54,584 nt of DNA. It comes from Candidatus Falkowbacteria bacterium. GTDB taxonomy: Bacteria; Patescibacteriota; Patescibacteriia; JAACEG01. The notes beneath the pieces were generated by a model, which was given only the letters and a program-made list of their open reading frames with translations, was not told the DNA's origin and searched no databases. Positions within the stretch are counted from its first letter, which is position 1, and each line of letters begins with the position of its first letter. The stretch covers positions 1 to 54,584 of the forward strand of contig JABIDK010000016.1 of the NCBI GenBank assembly GCA_018651725.1, read 5' to 3'. Shown one piece after another: positions 1-9,380 of the stretch. The translations under genes were made by a program, and so were the position numbers.

Positions 1-244
1 CAACGACTGCTTCGTAGCCATCTACCTGGGTGCTTTGAGGTTGTCCTGGATTAGGGACGTTTTCTTGATACCAAGCAGCTGGGGAGAGATGATCGGTGTT
101 TTTCATTACTCTAATGGCGATGGCGTCTTTTTTTTGGGCGTGGACAAAGATGGGGGAAAGTATGGTCATGCAAAAAATGACCAGAAAAAGAATGGTTAAA
201 AAAATGGCTAAAAGAATGATTTGTTTTTTTAGGAAGGTGTTTAT
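1..244 (-). CDS. 5' part of a putative secreted/surface protein, running off the left edge (not in the ORF track)
   Basis: Hand translation of the minus strand gives INTFLKKQIILLAIFLTILFLVIFCMTILSPIFVHAQKKDAIAIRVMKNTDHLSPAAWYQENVPNPGQPQSTQVDGYEAVV with no stop. It has a signal-peptide-like N-terminus (KK, hydrophobic run, VHA|Q). The DAIAIRV...WY...VDGYEA pattern resembles large CPR surface proteins (from memory). Start uncertain: ATA at 244 or ATG at 169. Confidence 0.6.
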   Translation of the reverse strand, partial: MNTFLKKQIILLAIFLTILFLVIFCMTILSPIFVHAQKKDAIAIRVMKNTDHLSPAAWYQENVPNPGQPQSTQVDGYEAVV

Positions 245-277
245 ATGGTTTGATTATTTGATGGTTGTATTTTTCGG

Positions 278-2665
278 TTAATCTATGACCGACATTCGTT
301 TTAAAATCTCTGCCTCCACGACACTACGATCTCGACCATATTTTAAAGCTGATAGTTGTTTGATTTTTTCCGGATTGCCTCCGCCGGATTTATCAAGTGG
401 GAAAGCGTGCATATTAAAGGCTCGGCTTGGTTGGTTGTCTATTATTAGTTTAATATAGGCGTTAAATTTATCGATATTCACCAGATCATGAGCGCTGAAA
501 ATCGGAGCGAACTCTTTGGCTAAAAATTCCGCGTCATCGGCCCCAACTTTAAAGGACATTATTGTTCCCACGTTACCAAAAATTGCATCTCTTATGGAGG
601 TGTCTTGGTTCTTAACCAGCTGTCCAATATATTGATGAGCAATATTTAAATTTAAACGATATTTTCTAGCCTCAGATAAAATTACCGAGATACTGTCGGT
701 AATAAAATTTTGAAATTCATCAAGATAAAGATAAAAGTCTTTTCTTTCATTTCTTGGGGCATCGGTTCGCGATAACGCCGCCATTAGAATTTTGCCCACC
801 AAAACCAGCCCCAGTAAAAATGCATTTGACTCCCCTATTTTACCTTTACTTAAATTAACCAGTAATATTTTTCGCGAGTCCATAACTTCACGCAGATTAA
901 AAGCGCTTTCTTGCTGACCAATTATCGGACGCATTATGTCATTGGAAACAAATGTATTTAGTTTACTGGTAATATAAGGCACCATATTAGCAAGCGCTGC
1001 CTCGCCTCCGGCTTTTTCTGCTTCTTTTTGCCAAAAATCTTTAACAACTGGATTGGCGCATTTACTTAACTTATATTTTCTAAAGTCAGCGTCAGCTAGA
1101 ACCTTGGAAATTTCCATCAAAGTTGATCCGGACTCGGTGTCTTCCATAATTAAAAGCATTGCATTCCTAACATATTGCTCAAACATCGGTCCACCAGTCT
1201 GTTTTAAGTCGTAAAGTTTATCAAAAATACGGATCATTTCATTTATCACAAAAGTTTTTTGCTCCGGATATTTTTTATCGTACTCCAAAAGATTAAGACC
1301 CATCGGCCTATCCATATTTGACGGATCAAAATAAATCACATCCTCAGCGCGATCGTTTGGAATTGTCTCTAAAATATCATCAACCAAATCTCCGTGCGGA
1401 TCAATCACTGCAACTCCATCCCCATTTCTAATATCTTGCTTAGCCATATTTGATAACATTTCAGATTTACCTGTTCCGGATTTACCAATCGCGTAAACAT
1501 GTCTGGTGCGATCTTCCCGACCTATTTTTATCATGGTTTGCTTGTCTCTATAAATATTTTCTCCTAAAACTATGCCGTCTGTTAAAATGTTTTGCGGAGC
1601 CGGAGCTTCCTTGGACGAAAGCCATTTAATATTTGGTGTTTGTGTACTTGGTAAAGGAAAGTGGAAAAGCGAGGCCATTTCTTCAGAATTAAAAATCATT
1701 TTTTTGCTGGGATCAAAGTTACGATAGATAAAATCGTTAACTATACTTTTTTGCCTTAAAGGCTTGTTGACCTTAAAGCTATTTCCGTACTGATAAATAT
1801 TATACTGTCCAAAACTGTTTAAAATATTTTCCATATACATCTCAACTTGATCTTTTTTATCAGCGGAAACTATAATTCTAATATTTGTTTCCAACCCGGC
1901 TTTAGAGATTTTTTCTTCAATGGCTTTCACAGATTCTTCTTCCATGGCACTGGGCTTGTATATTTCTTGCGGTTTTTCATTTTTTGGTTCATTTCCACCA
2001 AAAATAGCAGTGTTTAAATCACCGCCAATACCACTCATTATTTCAGATCCTAAACTCCCTTTAGAACTAACGGCTTCTTTCAAACTTTTACCTTTTCTTA
2101 CTTCCCCGGCTATTTTGGTGCCATAAGCGCGCCAGTTGCTTATTGTTGGACGTACTACGAATTGAATAGCCGCTCCATCGTCAGACTCCATTTTAGACAA
2201 AGCGTTAATAATGGAATTTAACGGGTCAGATTGCAGGCTTTTGTATGTTTTAATCGGAAACAAAGAATTTTTGGAAAGCCCAAGGTAAACACCATCGATA
2301 AATCCTTGCGGAGAAAAAATATTATAGTCCTCAACTTCTTCGATATGAGCATCAGGATATTGAGCTTGAATCTGTTGGACTATAAACTGCTTTAATTTTT
2401 CCGGTGGCGCAATATAAAAAGAGATAGCTCCTTTTTTAACAACTATCTCAAAGGCGATATGATTTTTAGCTCCGGAAAACATTGATGTGAACTTAACAGA
2501 GTTCCCAAGCCCGGCGATATTAGAGTAAATCGCTTCCATTATTCCGATTTTTTCCTGAATAGCCTGAAGACTTGATGATTTTTCATCGTTAGTATCAGCG
2601 CTTTCCTGTGGTAAAGTAACCAACAGAACCGGTTGTTTAAAAATTGTATTGGTAGCTTTACTCAT
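278..2665 (-). CDS. VirD4/TraG/HerA-like P-loop ATPase (type IV coupling protein-like, CPR type)
   Basis: Walker A GKSGTGKS, VIDPHGDL, Walker B LYLDEFQNF, SEARKY and AHQY motifs. Confidence 0.85.
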   Translation of the reverse strand: MSKATNTIFKQPVLLVTLPQESADTNDEKSSSLQAIQEKIGIMEAIYSNIAGLGNSVKFTSMFSGAKNHIAFEIVVKKGAISFYIAPPEKLKQFIVQQIQAQYPDAHIEEVEDYNIFSPQGFIDGVYLGLSKNSLFPIKTYKSLQSDPLNSIINALSKMESDDGAAIQFVVRPTISNWRAYGTKIAGEVRKGKSLKEAVSSKGSLGSEIMSGIGGDLNTAIFGGNEPKNEKPQEIYKPSAMEEESVKAIEEKISKAGLETNIRIIVSADKKDQVEMYMENILNSFGQYNIYQYGNSFKVNKPLRQKSIVNDFIYRNFDPSKKMIFNSEEMASLFHFPLPSTQTPNIKWLSSKEAPAPQNILTDGIVLGENIYRDKQTMIKIGREDRTRHVYAIGKSGTGKSEMLSNMAKQDIRNGDGVAVIDPHGDLVDDILETIPNDRAEDVIYFDPSNMDRPMGLNLLEYDKKYPEQKTFVINEMIRIFDKLYDLKQTGGPMFEQYVRNAMLLIMEDTESGSTLMEISKVLADADFRKYKLSKCANPVVKDFWQKEAEKAGGEAALANMVPYITSKLNTFVSNDIMRPIIGQQESAFNLREVMDSRKILLVNLSKGKIGESNAFLLGLVLVGKILMAALSRTDAPRNERKDFYLYLDEFQNFITDSISVILSEARKYRLNLNIAHQYIGQLVKNQDTSIRDAIFGNVGTIMSFKVGADDAEFLAKEFAPIFSAHDLVNIDKFNAYIKLIIDNQPSRAFNMHAFPLDKSGGGNPEKIKQLSALKYGRDRSVVEAEILKRMSVID

Positions 2666-3129
2666 TTTTTCATTTTAATTATTTCATCAGCTTTAATTTT
2701 TGCTTCTTGCTCTAAGAAAAACTTATTTATTCCCGGAATTATCTTTAGCCAATCTTTAATTAAACTTATAATTTGATTAACTTTTATCTTTGTTTTTTGC
2801 AAAGCTAAAGATATCTTCTTGGCAGTTTCTTCGCCCTTGTTTTTAAATTCAGCCTGCTTTTCCGGCGATAAATTAAAATAAATATCTTCCAAATCTTTTT
2901 CTAAAATATTCTCAATTTCAGCAAAATCAGTTTCTTTTTGAAGAGGATGAATAGTCGCGGTTGTTTGTTGCGGAGTTAAAATTTCATCAACTTGTTTTTC
3001 TGCCTTATCTTGTTTTTGTTCTTGAGTTTGTTCAAGTTGCTCTTGTTTTTGCTCCACATCAAAATTAGGAGACTCTATTTTAGTCTTGCCTAGTTGTTCT
3101 TTAATTAATTTTTTAACATCTTCAGACAT
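2662..3129 (-). CDS. hypothetical protein translationally coupled to the ATPase
   Basis: 155 aa ORF with 4-bp overlap; C-terminal WLKIIPGINKFFLEQEAKIKAD block looks conserved. Confidence 0.7.
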   Translation of the reverse strand: MSEDVKKLIKEQLGKTKIESPNFDVEQKQEQLEQTQEQKQDKAEKQVDEILTPQQTTATIHPLQKETDFAEIENILEKDLEDIYFNLSPEKQAEFKNKGEETAKKISLALQKTKIKVNQIISLIKDWLKIIPGINKFFLEQEAKIKADEIIKMKK

Positions 3130-3235
3130 CTAGTATTATTATATCATTTTTTAAAAAATAACCAAGAGATCATTTATCCACTTTTGTTAATTTCAATTTT
3201 ATGCTATAATATTTTATATTATATATCCTAAAATT

Positions 3236-4174
3236 ATGATTGAAATTTTAGCAAATAAAATATCAGAGAAACAATCCATGCGCTGGATTAATGTTACTAA
3301 TGCCAAGAAAAAAGAGATTGAATATTTAAAAAAGAATTTTAATTTTGATTTAAAGCACTTGCGAGATTCCTTGGGAAATATTTATGCTCAGCGTTTAAAA
3401 ATAGAGGAAAATAAAAATTACCTTTTTTTGATTTTGCGTTTTCCAAGGTTTGACGAAGAAGCTCAAGAAATAGTTGCCAGTGAAGTTGATTGTTTTATTG
3501 GTAAAAATTATTTAATTACAGTTCATAATCGCGACCTGAAAGATTTAAACGGGTTATTTAATCTTTGCAAAAAAGATAAAGAAAGTTTAGGAAATTACTT
3601 AGGGCAAGATCCATTACATCTTCTTCACGCTATATCCAACCGCTCTTTAAATGAATGTTTTAATATTTTAGACGCTATTAATGTAAACATCTCCGAAGTT
3701 GAAGAACAAATTTTTTCCGGCCAACAAGAAGAAAGTATTAACGATATAATGATTTTAAAGCACAATGTTATTAATTTTCGTCGAATAATGCGGTCTCACC
3801 GAAGTATTTTAAGGAAGCTGATAGTGAATCACAAAAAATTCGTTAAACAAACTCATATCTCCCTGTACAATAGCTTAATCCAGCACACTATAGATATCTG
3901 GGATATGGCGAAAAATCAAAAAGAAATGATCGAGGCCTTAGAATACACCAACGATTCAAAGGTATCTTTTAAAATGAACGATGTAATGAAAACCCTAACT
4001 ATTTTTTCAGTAATTGTCTTTCCCTTAACCTTTATCGCCTCTCTATTCGGAATGAACACTATGAAATCAATGCCACTCTTAGATACTCCAAACGATTTTT
4101 GGATAATCATCGGTGTAATGTTAACAGGCGTGCTTATTACCTTTGGATTTTTTAAGAAAAAAGGGTGGATATAG
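3236..4174 (+). CDS. corA: CorA family Mg2+/Co2+ transporter
   Basis: Two C-terminal TM helices with the signature FGMN motif; 312 aa. Confidence 0.92.
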   Translation: MIEILANKISEKQSMRWINVTNAKKKEIEYLKKNFNFDLKHLRDSLGNIYAQRLKIEENKNYLFLILRFPRFDEEAQEIVASEVDCFIGKNYLITVHNRDLKDLNGLFNLCKKDKESLGNYLGQDPLHLLHAISNRSLNECFNILDAINVNISEVEEQIFSGQQEESINDIMILKHNVINFRRIMRSHRSILRKLIVNHKKFVKQTHISLYNSLIQHTIDIWDMAKNQKEMIEALEYTNDSKVSFKMNDVMKTLTIFSVIVFPLTFIASLFGMNTMKSMPLLDTPNDFWIIIGVMLTGVLITFGFFKKKGWI

Positions 4175-4203
4175 ATTCATTTTAACATTTAAGCATTTAA
4201 ACA

Positions 4204-4241
4204 AAACAAAACCGGAACTAAAACGATCCGGTTTTTTGTTT
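4204..4241. terminator. bidirectional intrinsic terminator
   Basis: AAAACCGGA...TCCGGTTTTTT hairpin between convergent genes. Confidence 0.7.
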
Positions 4242-4256
4242 GACCTTGTTTGACGT

Positions 4257-4457
4257 TTACTGCGTCAATTTTTTGATTATATTACATAAAGAGTAAAGTA
4301 GCAAATGATTAGAGATTCTTTTCTCCGCTTGACACACAAATTTATAAACACATAATTCCCTCACACCATCACACTCATAATCACGGTGTATTATTTTTAT
4401 TATTTCTTTCTCTGTCTCAGTAAATTCTGACTTGCTACAATCTTTTCTTTTTGGCAT
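4257..4457 (-). CDS. small hypothetical protein (66 aa)
   Basis: Strong SD (AGGAGGGAG) just before ATG; followed by terminator. Confidence 0.5.
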   Translation of the reverse strand: MPKRKDCSKSEFTETEKEIIKIIHRDYECDGVRELCVYKFVCQAEKRISNHLLLYSLCNIIKKLTQ

Positions 4458-4508
4458 ACTCCCTCCTGTCGTAAATTTTTATGTTAAAGTGTACATAAAT
4501 ACTTTATA

Positions 4509-5453
4509 CTACATCTTCAAAATTTTTGCAATATCTTTGTAGCTTTTTACTCTGATTAATTTTTGGCGTAGCTTACTGGCTTCGGGCATATTACGAACAT
4601 ACCAACACAGATGTTTTCGCATTTCTATTATTCCAAATTCACCTTTTTCTTTTTCAGCTAACTTGCTGTGTTGTAAAGCTATTTTGAAAATTTGTTCTTG
4701 CTTTCTTTCCTTAAATTTTCCTTTCTTCAGATAATCTTTTACTTGGTTAAATAACCACGGCTTACCTTGGATGCCGCGAGCAAGACCTATTCCCTGAACT
4801 CCTGTTTTTTCTATCATTTTTTTAGCATCTTCGGGTGTATTTATTCCGCCATTACCTAAAACAATCCCTGGGAAAATTTCTTTTATTTTTTTAATTGCTT
4901 TAAAATCTATTTCGCCAACAAATCCTTGCTCATAGGTTCGGCCATGAACCATAATTACCTTAATATCTAGGTCTTTTATATATTTAACAAAAGCTACTCC
5001 GGTTTTTTTACCAACTTTAGAGCGAATTTTAATTGAAACCGGTAAATCAGTATTACTTAAAACAGCTTTTATAACTTCACGGGATTTTTTAAAGTCCGAC
5101 ATCAGCGCCGCTCCCGAACCGATTGAATAAACTTTTCGAGCCGGACAACCAAAATTAATATCAATCCCATCCGACTTAACTTTTTCTGTAATGATTTTAG
5201 TCGCTACTCCAAAGTGCTCCGCATTATTACCAAAAAGTTGAACAACATAAGGTCGTTCAGCTTTTTTAAATTTAATCAAATCTAAAGTTTTTTGAGGATT
5301 AAAAAACAAAGCCGAAACAGACGCCATTTCAGAATAAACAACATCAGCACCATTCTTAATACAAACCTGCCGAAAAGCACTATCTGTTATCCCAGCCATC
5401 GGCGCCAAAGCCAAAATTGGTTTATTTAATTTTCCCCAAAAATTATTTTTCAT
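4509..5453 (-). CDS. dusB: tRNA-dihydrouridine synthase
   Basis: LAPMAGITD, DINFGCP, VHGRT and GNGGI motifs. Confidence 0.92.
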   Translation of the reverse strand: MKNNFWGKLNKPILALAPMAGITDSAFRQVCIKNGADVVYSEMASVSALFFNPQKTLDLIKFKKAERPYVVQLFGNNAEHFGVATKIITEKVKSDGIDINFGCPARKVYSIGSGAALMSDFKKSREVIKAVLSNTDLPVSIKIRSKVGKKTGVAFVKYIKDLDIKVIMVHGRTYEQGFVGEIDFKAIKKIKEIFPGIVLGNGGINTPEDAKKMIEKTGVQGIGLARGIQGKPWLFNQVKDYLKKGKFKERKQEQIFKIALQHSKLAEKEKGEFGIIEMRKHLCWYVRNMPEASKLRQKLIRVKSYKDIAKILKM

Positions 5454-6070
5454 TGCTTAATATTTTTAAGTATTTCTGAAAATTTTTCCACTGAAAAATG
5501 ACCTTTATCTTTAAAAATTACTTTTTCCGCGTTTGGCAAGGCCTTTGTGTATTTTTTCAGATCAATAAAGGGGACCAGGGGGTCGTCTTCTGAGTGATAA
5601 AGAAAAATATTTTTCACCTGTTCTTCTATTTTAGATAAATCTTGAGAAAAATTAAAATCTATTAAATCATAATTTTGAGTTTTTCCTGAAGTATCATCAT
5701 TATTTCCAAATGGCGCCGCTACTAAATGTAATTGAGAAATTTTTACGGGGAGACTATTTTCACTTAAATATTTCGCCCAAAATTTTCCACCCAGAGAATG
5801 TCCAATAAGAATAATATCATCATGCAAAAATGATAAATATTTTTCCAACCAAATTTTCCACTCTTTATACTTTGCATTTCTAAAAGAAGGCATTTGTGGC
5901 TGAATAACCTCAAATTCATCCCCCAAATCTTCTTGCAAATGTTTTTTCCATCCTTTTGATTTTGCCTTAATTTTTTCAAGATCTATCTTATAATTTTTAA
6001 GATAAAAAAAATAATCATCATAAAACGCAAAAGTCTCCCCACCATGAATAACCAAAACTTGTTTTTTCAT
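5450..6070 (-). CDS. RBBP9/YdeN-like alpha/beta hydrolase
   Basis: VIHGG, nucleophile elbow GHSLG, HSEDDPLV, GHF. Confidence 0.88.
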   Translation of the reverse strand: MKKQVLVIHGGETFAFYDDYFFYLKNYKIDLEKIKAKSKGWKKHLQEDLGDEFEVIQPQMPSFRNAKYKEWKIWLEKYLSFLHDDIILIGHSLGGKFWAKYLSENSLPVKISQLHLVAAPFGNNDDTSGKTQNYDLIDFNFSQDLSKIEEQVKNIFLYHSEDDPLVPFIDLKKYTKALPNAEKVIFKDKGHFSVEKFSEILKNIKQ

Positions 6071-6087
6071 AAATTTATATAGTAAAA

Positions 6088-6801
6088 TTATTTAATCATT
6101 ATTACGCCAACGCATCTACCGGTTTTTTTGTTTCGTCTATAGGAAAAATAATCCTCATTACAGGCGGTGCATTTATTTATTATTTCAATATTATTTTTAA
6201 TAACCCCTGATTTTAATAGTTGACCAAGGGTAATATCTGGCAAATCTAAAAACTTTTTATTTTTAATATATTGTTTTCCAAACTTTTCTTTAGTTGCAGA
6301 AATAATATCTTCACCAACTTCATAACAACAAGATTTAATCGATGGGCCCACACTAACTAAAATATTTTCTACATCAGAATTAAATTTTTCCTGCATTTTC
6401 AAAATAGTTTTCTCAATAATATTTTTAAACACTCCTACTCTGCCTACATGTGCAACAGCTATAACTTTATTCACAGGATCATAAAATAAAACAGGGATAC
6501 AGTCAGCCACCATGACCACAAGCGTTAACCTAGGTTTATTTGTAATAATAGCGTCTGTTTCTTTAATCTCATTGCTCTCATCAACAATCTTCACAGTGTC
6601 AGAATGCACCTGCTCCATATAAGCTATCTCTCCAATACTAAACCTCTCTCTCAAAATTTGATAATTTTCTAAAACATCATCTTCGTCATCACCAACATGA
6701 AAGCCAAAATTAAAAGAATCAAACGGTTCCTTGCTAACCCCGCCAAATCTATCCGTAAAAACCGCTAAAATTTCTTTAGAATTAAAAAATGCTTTTGTCA
6801 T
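6088..6801 (-). CDS. pgeF: YfiH/PgeF family protein (peptidoglycan editing factor/purine nucleoside phosphorylase)
   Basis: QVHS, ADCIPV, AHVG, GPSIKSCCYEVG and YFSYRR motifs. Confidence 0.9.
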   Translation of the reverse strand: MTKAFFNSKEILAVFTDRFGGVSKEPFDSFNFGFHVGDDEDDVLENYQILRERFSIGEIAYMEQVHSDTVKIVDESNEIKETDAIITNKPRLTLVVMVADCIPVLFYDPVNKVIAVAHVGRVGVFKNIIEKTILKMQEKFNSDVENILVSVGPSIKSCCYEVGEDIISATKEKFGKQYIKNKKFLDLPDITLGQLLKSGVIKNNIEIINKCTACNEDYFSYRRNKKTGRCVGVIMIK

Positions 6802-6809
6802 AATTTAAG

Positions 6810-6887
6810 TTATTTCATCATAAATACTTTCATGAATAAATCGTGTCTTTCTTTGATTTCTTTTTTTAAATTTTTTATTTTAGCCAT
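6810..6887 (-). pseudogene. 25-codon mini-ORF or gene remnant
   Basis: MAKIKNLKKEIKERHDLFMKVFMMK* fills the gap between two array genes almost exactly. Confidence 0.35.
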
Positions 6888-6891
6888 AAAA

Positions 6892-7326
6892 TTATTTTAT
6901 TTTATTCAAATCTTGATTAATAATGATAGGTTGCATTGCCTCAATTTCATCCAAGTATTTACATTCTTCTTTAAGTGGAAGATCATTATACATAAAAATT
7001 TTTTTATCATTAACATAAGCAAAACCAATCTCTATTAAAGTATTCCCGCCAATATAATTTTTCTGTCCGTTTTTGTCTAAATTTACAACCAAAACAGCAT
7101 CACTACTAACAATGGCATTATAATACCATTTAATATAATCATTTTCTATTTTTAATTGCGAATGCTCGCCCTTATCAATCCTATCCATTATTTCAGTTTT
7201 TCCATCTTTAACACTCTCGATATAATGCGGACGAATAACAGGTTTGTGCCCTAACTTAATCAGCTCATCATAAAGCTCAACCTTCTTTTCTCTAAAAGCA
7301 CTACTACCAATAATTGTAATTTTCAT
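6892..7326 (-). CDS. nucleoside 2-deoxyribosyltransferase-like protein
   Basis: KITIIGS ... IVSSDAVLVVN ... YIGGNTLIEIGFAY...KKIF pattern of the NDT/Rcl-like fold. Confidence 0.65.
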   Translation of the reverse strand: MKITIIGSSAFREKKVELYDELIKLGHKPVIRPHYIESVKDGKTEIMDRIDKGEHSQLKIENDYIKWYYNAIVSSDAVLVVNLDKNGQKNYIGGNTLIEIGFAYVNDKKIFMYNDLPLKEECKYLDEIEAMQPIIINQDLNKIK

Positions 7327-7356
7327 ATGTTTAAAAAAAATAAACTTATTTTTTTA

Positions 7357-7384
7357 TTTTACCACATGTAGCTGAATAGTAAAA
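7357..7384. repeat. 28-bp palindromic junction site, copy 1
   Basis: TTTTACCACAT-GTAGCT-GAATAGTAAAA. Confidence 0.8.
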
Positions 7385-7392
7385 TAGTATTT

Positions 7393-8337
7393 TTATAAAT
7401 ATTTTTTAATTTTTTCAACGGTTTCGTTAAATCGATTTTTAATGTCTAGTAATTCCCCCGCTTTATCAAAAGCTAACCAATGTGCTCCGTCTCCCTCTAG
7501 AACATTGAAACTTTTTTGATCTGTTGGGTATAAATACATATACCTAATATGTTTACACCCACCCCGAATTGTTGTTGATACTCCTAAATTCTTTAAATCA
7601 CCTGGTTTAATGTCAATATCAAGCTCTTCTTTTGTTTCTCGAATTACAGTTTCAATCGGTTTTTCACCATGTTCAATGCCACCACCGAAATAACCCCAAT
7701 CAGGTTTTTTCCAATTTTGTCTATCTTGGATTAAAATTTCCTGTTTTTTATTTATTGGAACAATTAGTGCTTTACGTGTATTAAAGTTAATAATTTCTTC
7801 TAACAATTCTGGGATTTCTTGTACCGACAATTTACTACCAAAATGTCCTCTATTTTTAAATTTTAAAAACTTTGCATTTAAACCTCTTGCGTTTTCTTCT
7901 CCATTTTTAAAATCAACCCATTTGTCATCTCTTGAATGTAAAATCACAAAGTCATCACAATGTTTTTTTATTTTTTCAAAATCATAACCGTCTTCACTAA
8001 AAAACCCTTTATTATTTTTTGTTTTATTTCTTTTCTCTGAATCACCGGAATTAGTTGCAACTAAAATAACTTTTTTAACTTTAAAATCATTAGATTGTGT
8101 TTCAAGCCATCTTAAAATAGCGACTCCTCCGCGAGAATGACCAATCAAAATAGAATATTTGTCCGGATTTGTTTTCCCTAGCTCGTTTATCCACTCGTTA
8201 ATCTCCGGATCATTCGCATTAGGTAAAATCGGCGCGATAAAATTAACACCAAATTTACTAATTTCTTTTTCAAGCCATGGATACCATTTCTCACTTGGAT
8301 TAGTATTTTTACCATGCATTAATATGACGTTTTTCAT
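7393..8337 (-). CDS. alpha/beta hydrolase (YdeN-like)-NUDIX hydrolase fusion
   Basis: GHSRG, HSRDD and GHF, then the Nudix box GGGIEHGEKPIETVIRETKEELDI. Start taken at MKNVILMHG because the ORF-track ATG at 8370 lies inside the repeat site. Confidence 0.85.
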   Translation of the reverse strand: MKNVILMHGKNTNPSEKWYPWLEKEISKFGVNFIAPILPNANDPEINEWINELGKTNPDKYSILIGHSRGGVAILRWLETQSNDFKVKKVILVATNSGDSEKRNKTKNNKGFFSEDGYDFEKIKKHCDDFVILHSRDDKWVDFKNGEENARGLNAKFLKFKNRGHFGSKLSVQEIPELLEEIINFNTRKALIVPINKKQEILIQDRQNWKKPDWGYFGGGIEHGEKPIETVIRETKEELDIDIKPGDLKNLGVSTTIRGGCKHIRYMYLYPTDQKSFNVLEGDGAHWLAFDKAGELLDIKNRFNETVEKIKKYL

Positions 8338-8361
8338 AAGAATTAATTTATAATACTCTTG

Positions 8362-8389
8362 CTTTACCATATGTAATTGAATGGTAAAG
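8362..8389. repeat. 28-bp palindromic junction site, copy 2
   Basis: CTTTACCATAT-GTAATT-GAATGGTAAAG. Confidence 0.85.
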
Positions 8390-8403
8390 TGGTAATTATT
8401 TAT

Positions 8404-9045
8404 TTAAATATTTTTATTATTTAATATGTCTTCAATCTCGTTAGGATATTTTACGATAAAATCTGCTTTAGTAAAATCTTGCTTTTTTGTGTATTCGTTT
8501 GGTATTACTACGCATTTCATTTTGGCATTTTTTGCTGACTCTAATCCAATCACCGAATCTTCAATGACTAAACATTCACTCGATTTTATACCCAACTTTT
8601 TGGCTGTTATCAAATACGGATAAGGGTCTGGTTTTCTTTTTTTGCAGTCTTCAAAAGTTACAACAACATCAAAAACTTCACCTAAGTTTGCTTTTTCAAA
8701 AACAGTTTTAGTGCTATCAAGATGAGACGATGTAGTCAAGGCTATTTTATAGCCTTTTAACTTTAATCTTTTTATTAATTTGATTGTATTTTCAAAAAAC
8801 TCAACTGATGAAAATAATTTATAATAATTTTCCTTCTGTATTTTTAAAAACATATCAAGAGGAAAAGAGTATTTTTTTTCAAAATATTCCACGTAGTCCA
8901 GTGTATGCTTTCCGACAATATACTCTTTATCTTTTTCTGAAATTACAATACCAAGATCACCAAAAGCTTGAACAGCAGAAAAAACATTCGTCTTTTCAGA
9001 GTTTATAATAACTCCGTCTCTATCAAATAAAATAGCTTGGATCAT
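8404..9045 (-). CDS. HAD family phosphatase (beta-PGM/CbbY-like)
   Basis: FDRDGVI (DxD), TSS, KPDP and IEDS motifs. Confidence 0.9.
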   Translation of the reverse strand: MIQAILFDRDGVIINSEKTNVFSAVQAFGDLGIVISEKDKEYIVGKHTLDYVEYFEKKYSFPLDMFLKIQKENYYKLFSSVEFFENTIKLIKRLKLKGYKIALTTSSHLDSTKTVFEKANLGEVFDVVVTFEDCKKRKPDPYPYLITAKKLGIKSSECLVIEDSVIGLESAKNAKMKCVVIPNEYTKKQDFTKADFIVKYPNEIEDILNNKNI

Positions 9046-9355
9046 AATTGTTCTTTTAAATTCATAAAATCAGAATAACTAATCAACTTTGCGTTATATT
9101 CTGGTAATATTTTATTTAATTTTATAATCTTTTTTACGTCATCTTCTCTTTCTTTATTTATTTAAAGTCGACTTGCTGGTAGAGTCAAATTTGCCGGGGT
9201 GAAAAATAATTGTTTCGCAACCACCGTCTTTAATGGTTTCTAGCCACTCTATTACTTCACTAATTGATTTTTTAGTACCACTAAGAATCTAATATCCCTT
9301 CATTAAAAACTTTACTGTACCCAAAGTCATCTGCGTTTATAATTAGATATTTCAT
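9042..9355 (-). pseudogene. ChbG/YdjC family deacetylase pseudogene
   Basis: Starts MKYLIINADDFGYSKVFNEGILD, then jumps frame to C-terminal motifs (IIFHPG, NKEREDD, KLISYSDF). This implies a large internal deletion plus a 4-nt duplication frameshift. Its TGA overlaps the HAD ATG. Confidence 0.8.
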
Positions 9356-9380
9356 ATATTTTTAATTAGTTTAATCTTCG

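Noticed and set aside
96-281. 61-aa plus-strand ORF
   Set aside because: Shadow of the minus-strand signal-peptide frame, which is co-oriented with the upstream operon.
278-2665. conjugative element or prophage
   Set aside because: No relaxase, integrase, mating-pair or phage structural genes in the window; flanking genes are ordinary chromosomal genes.
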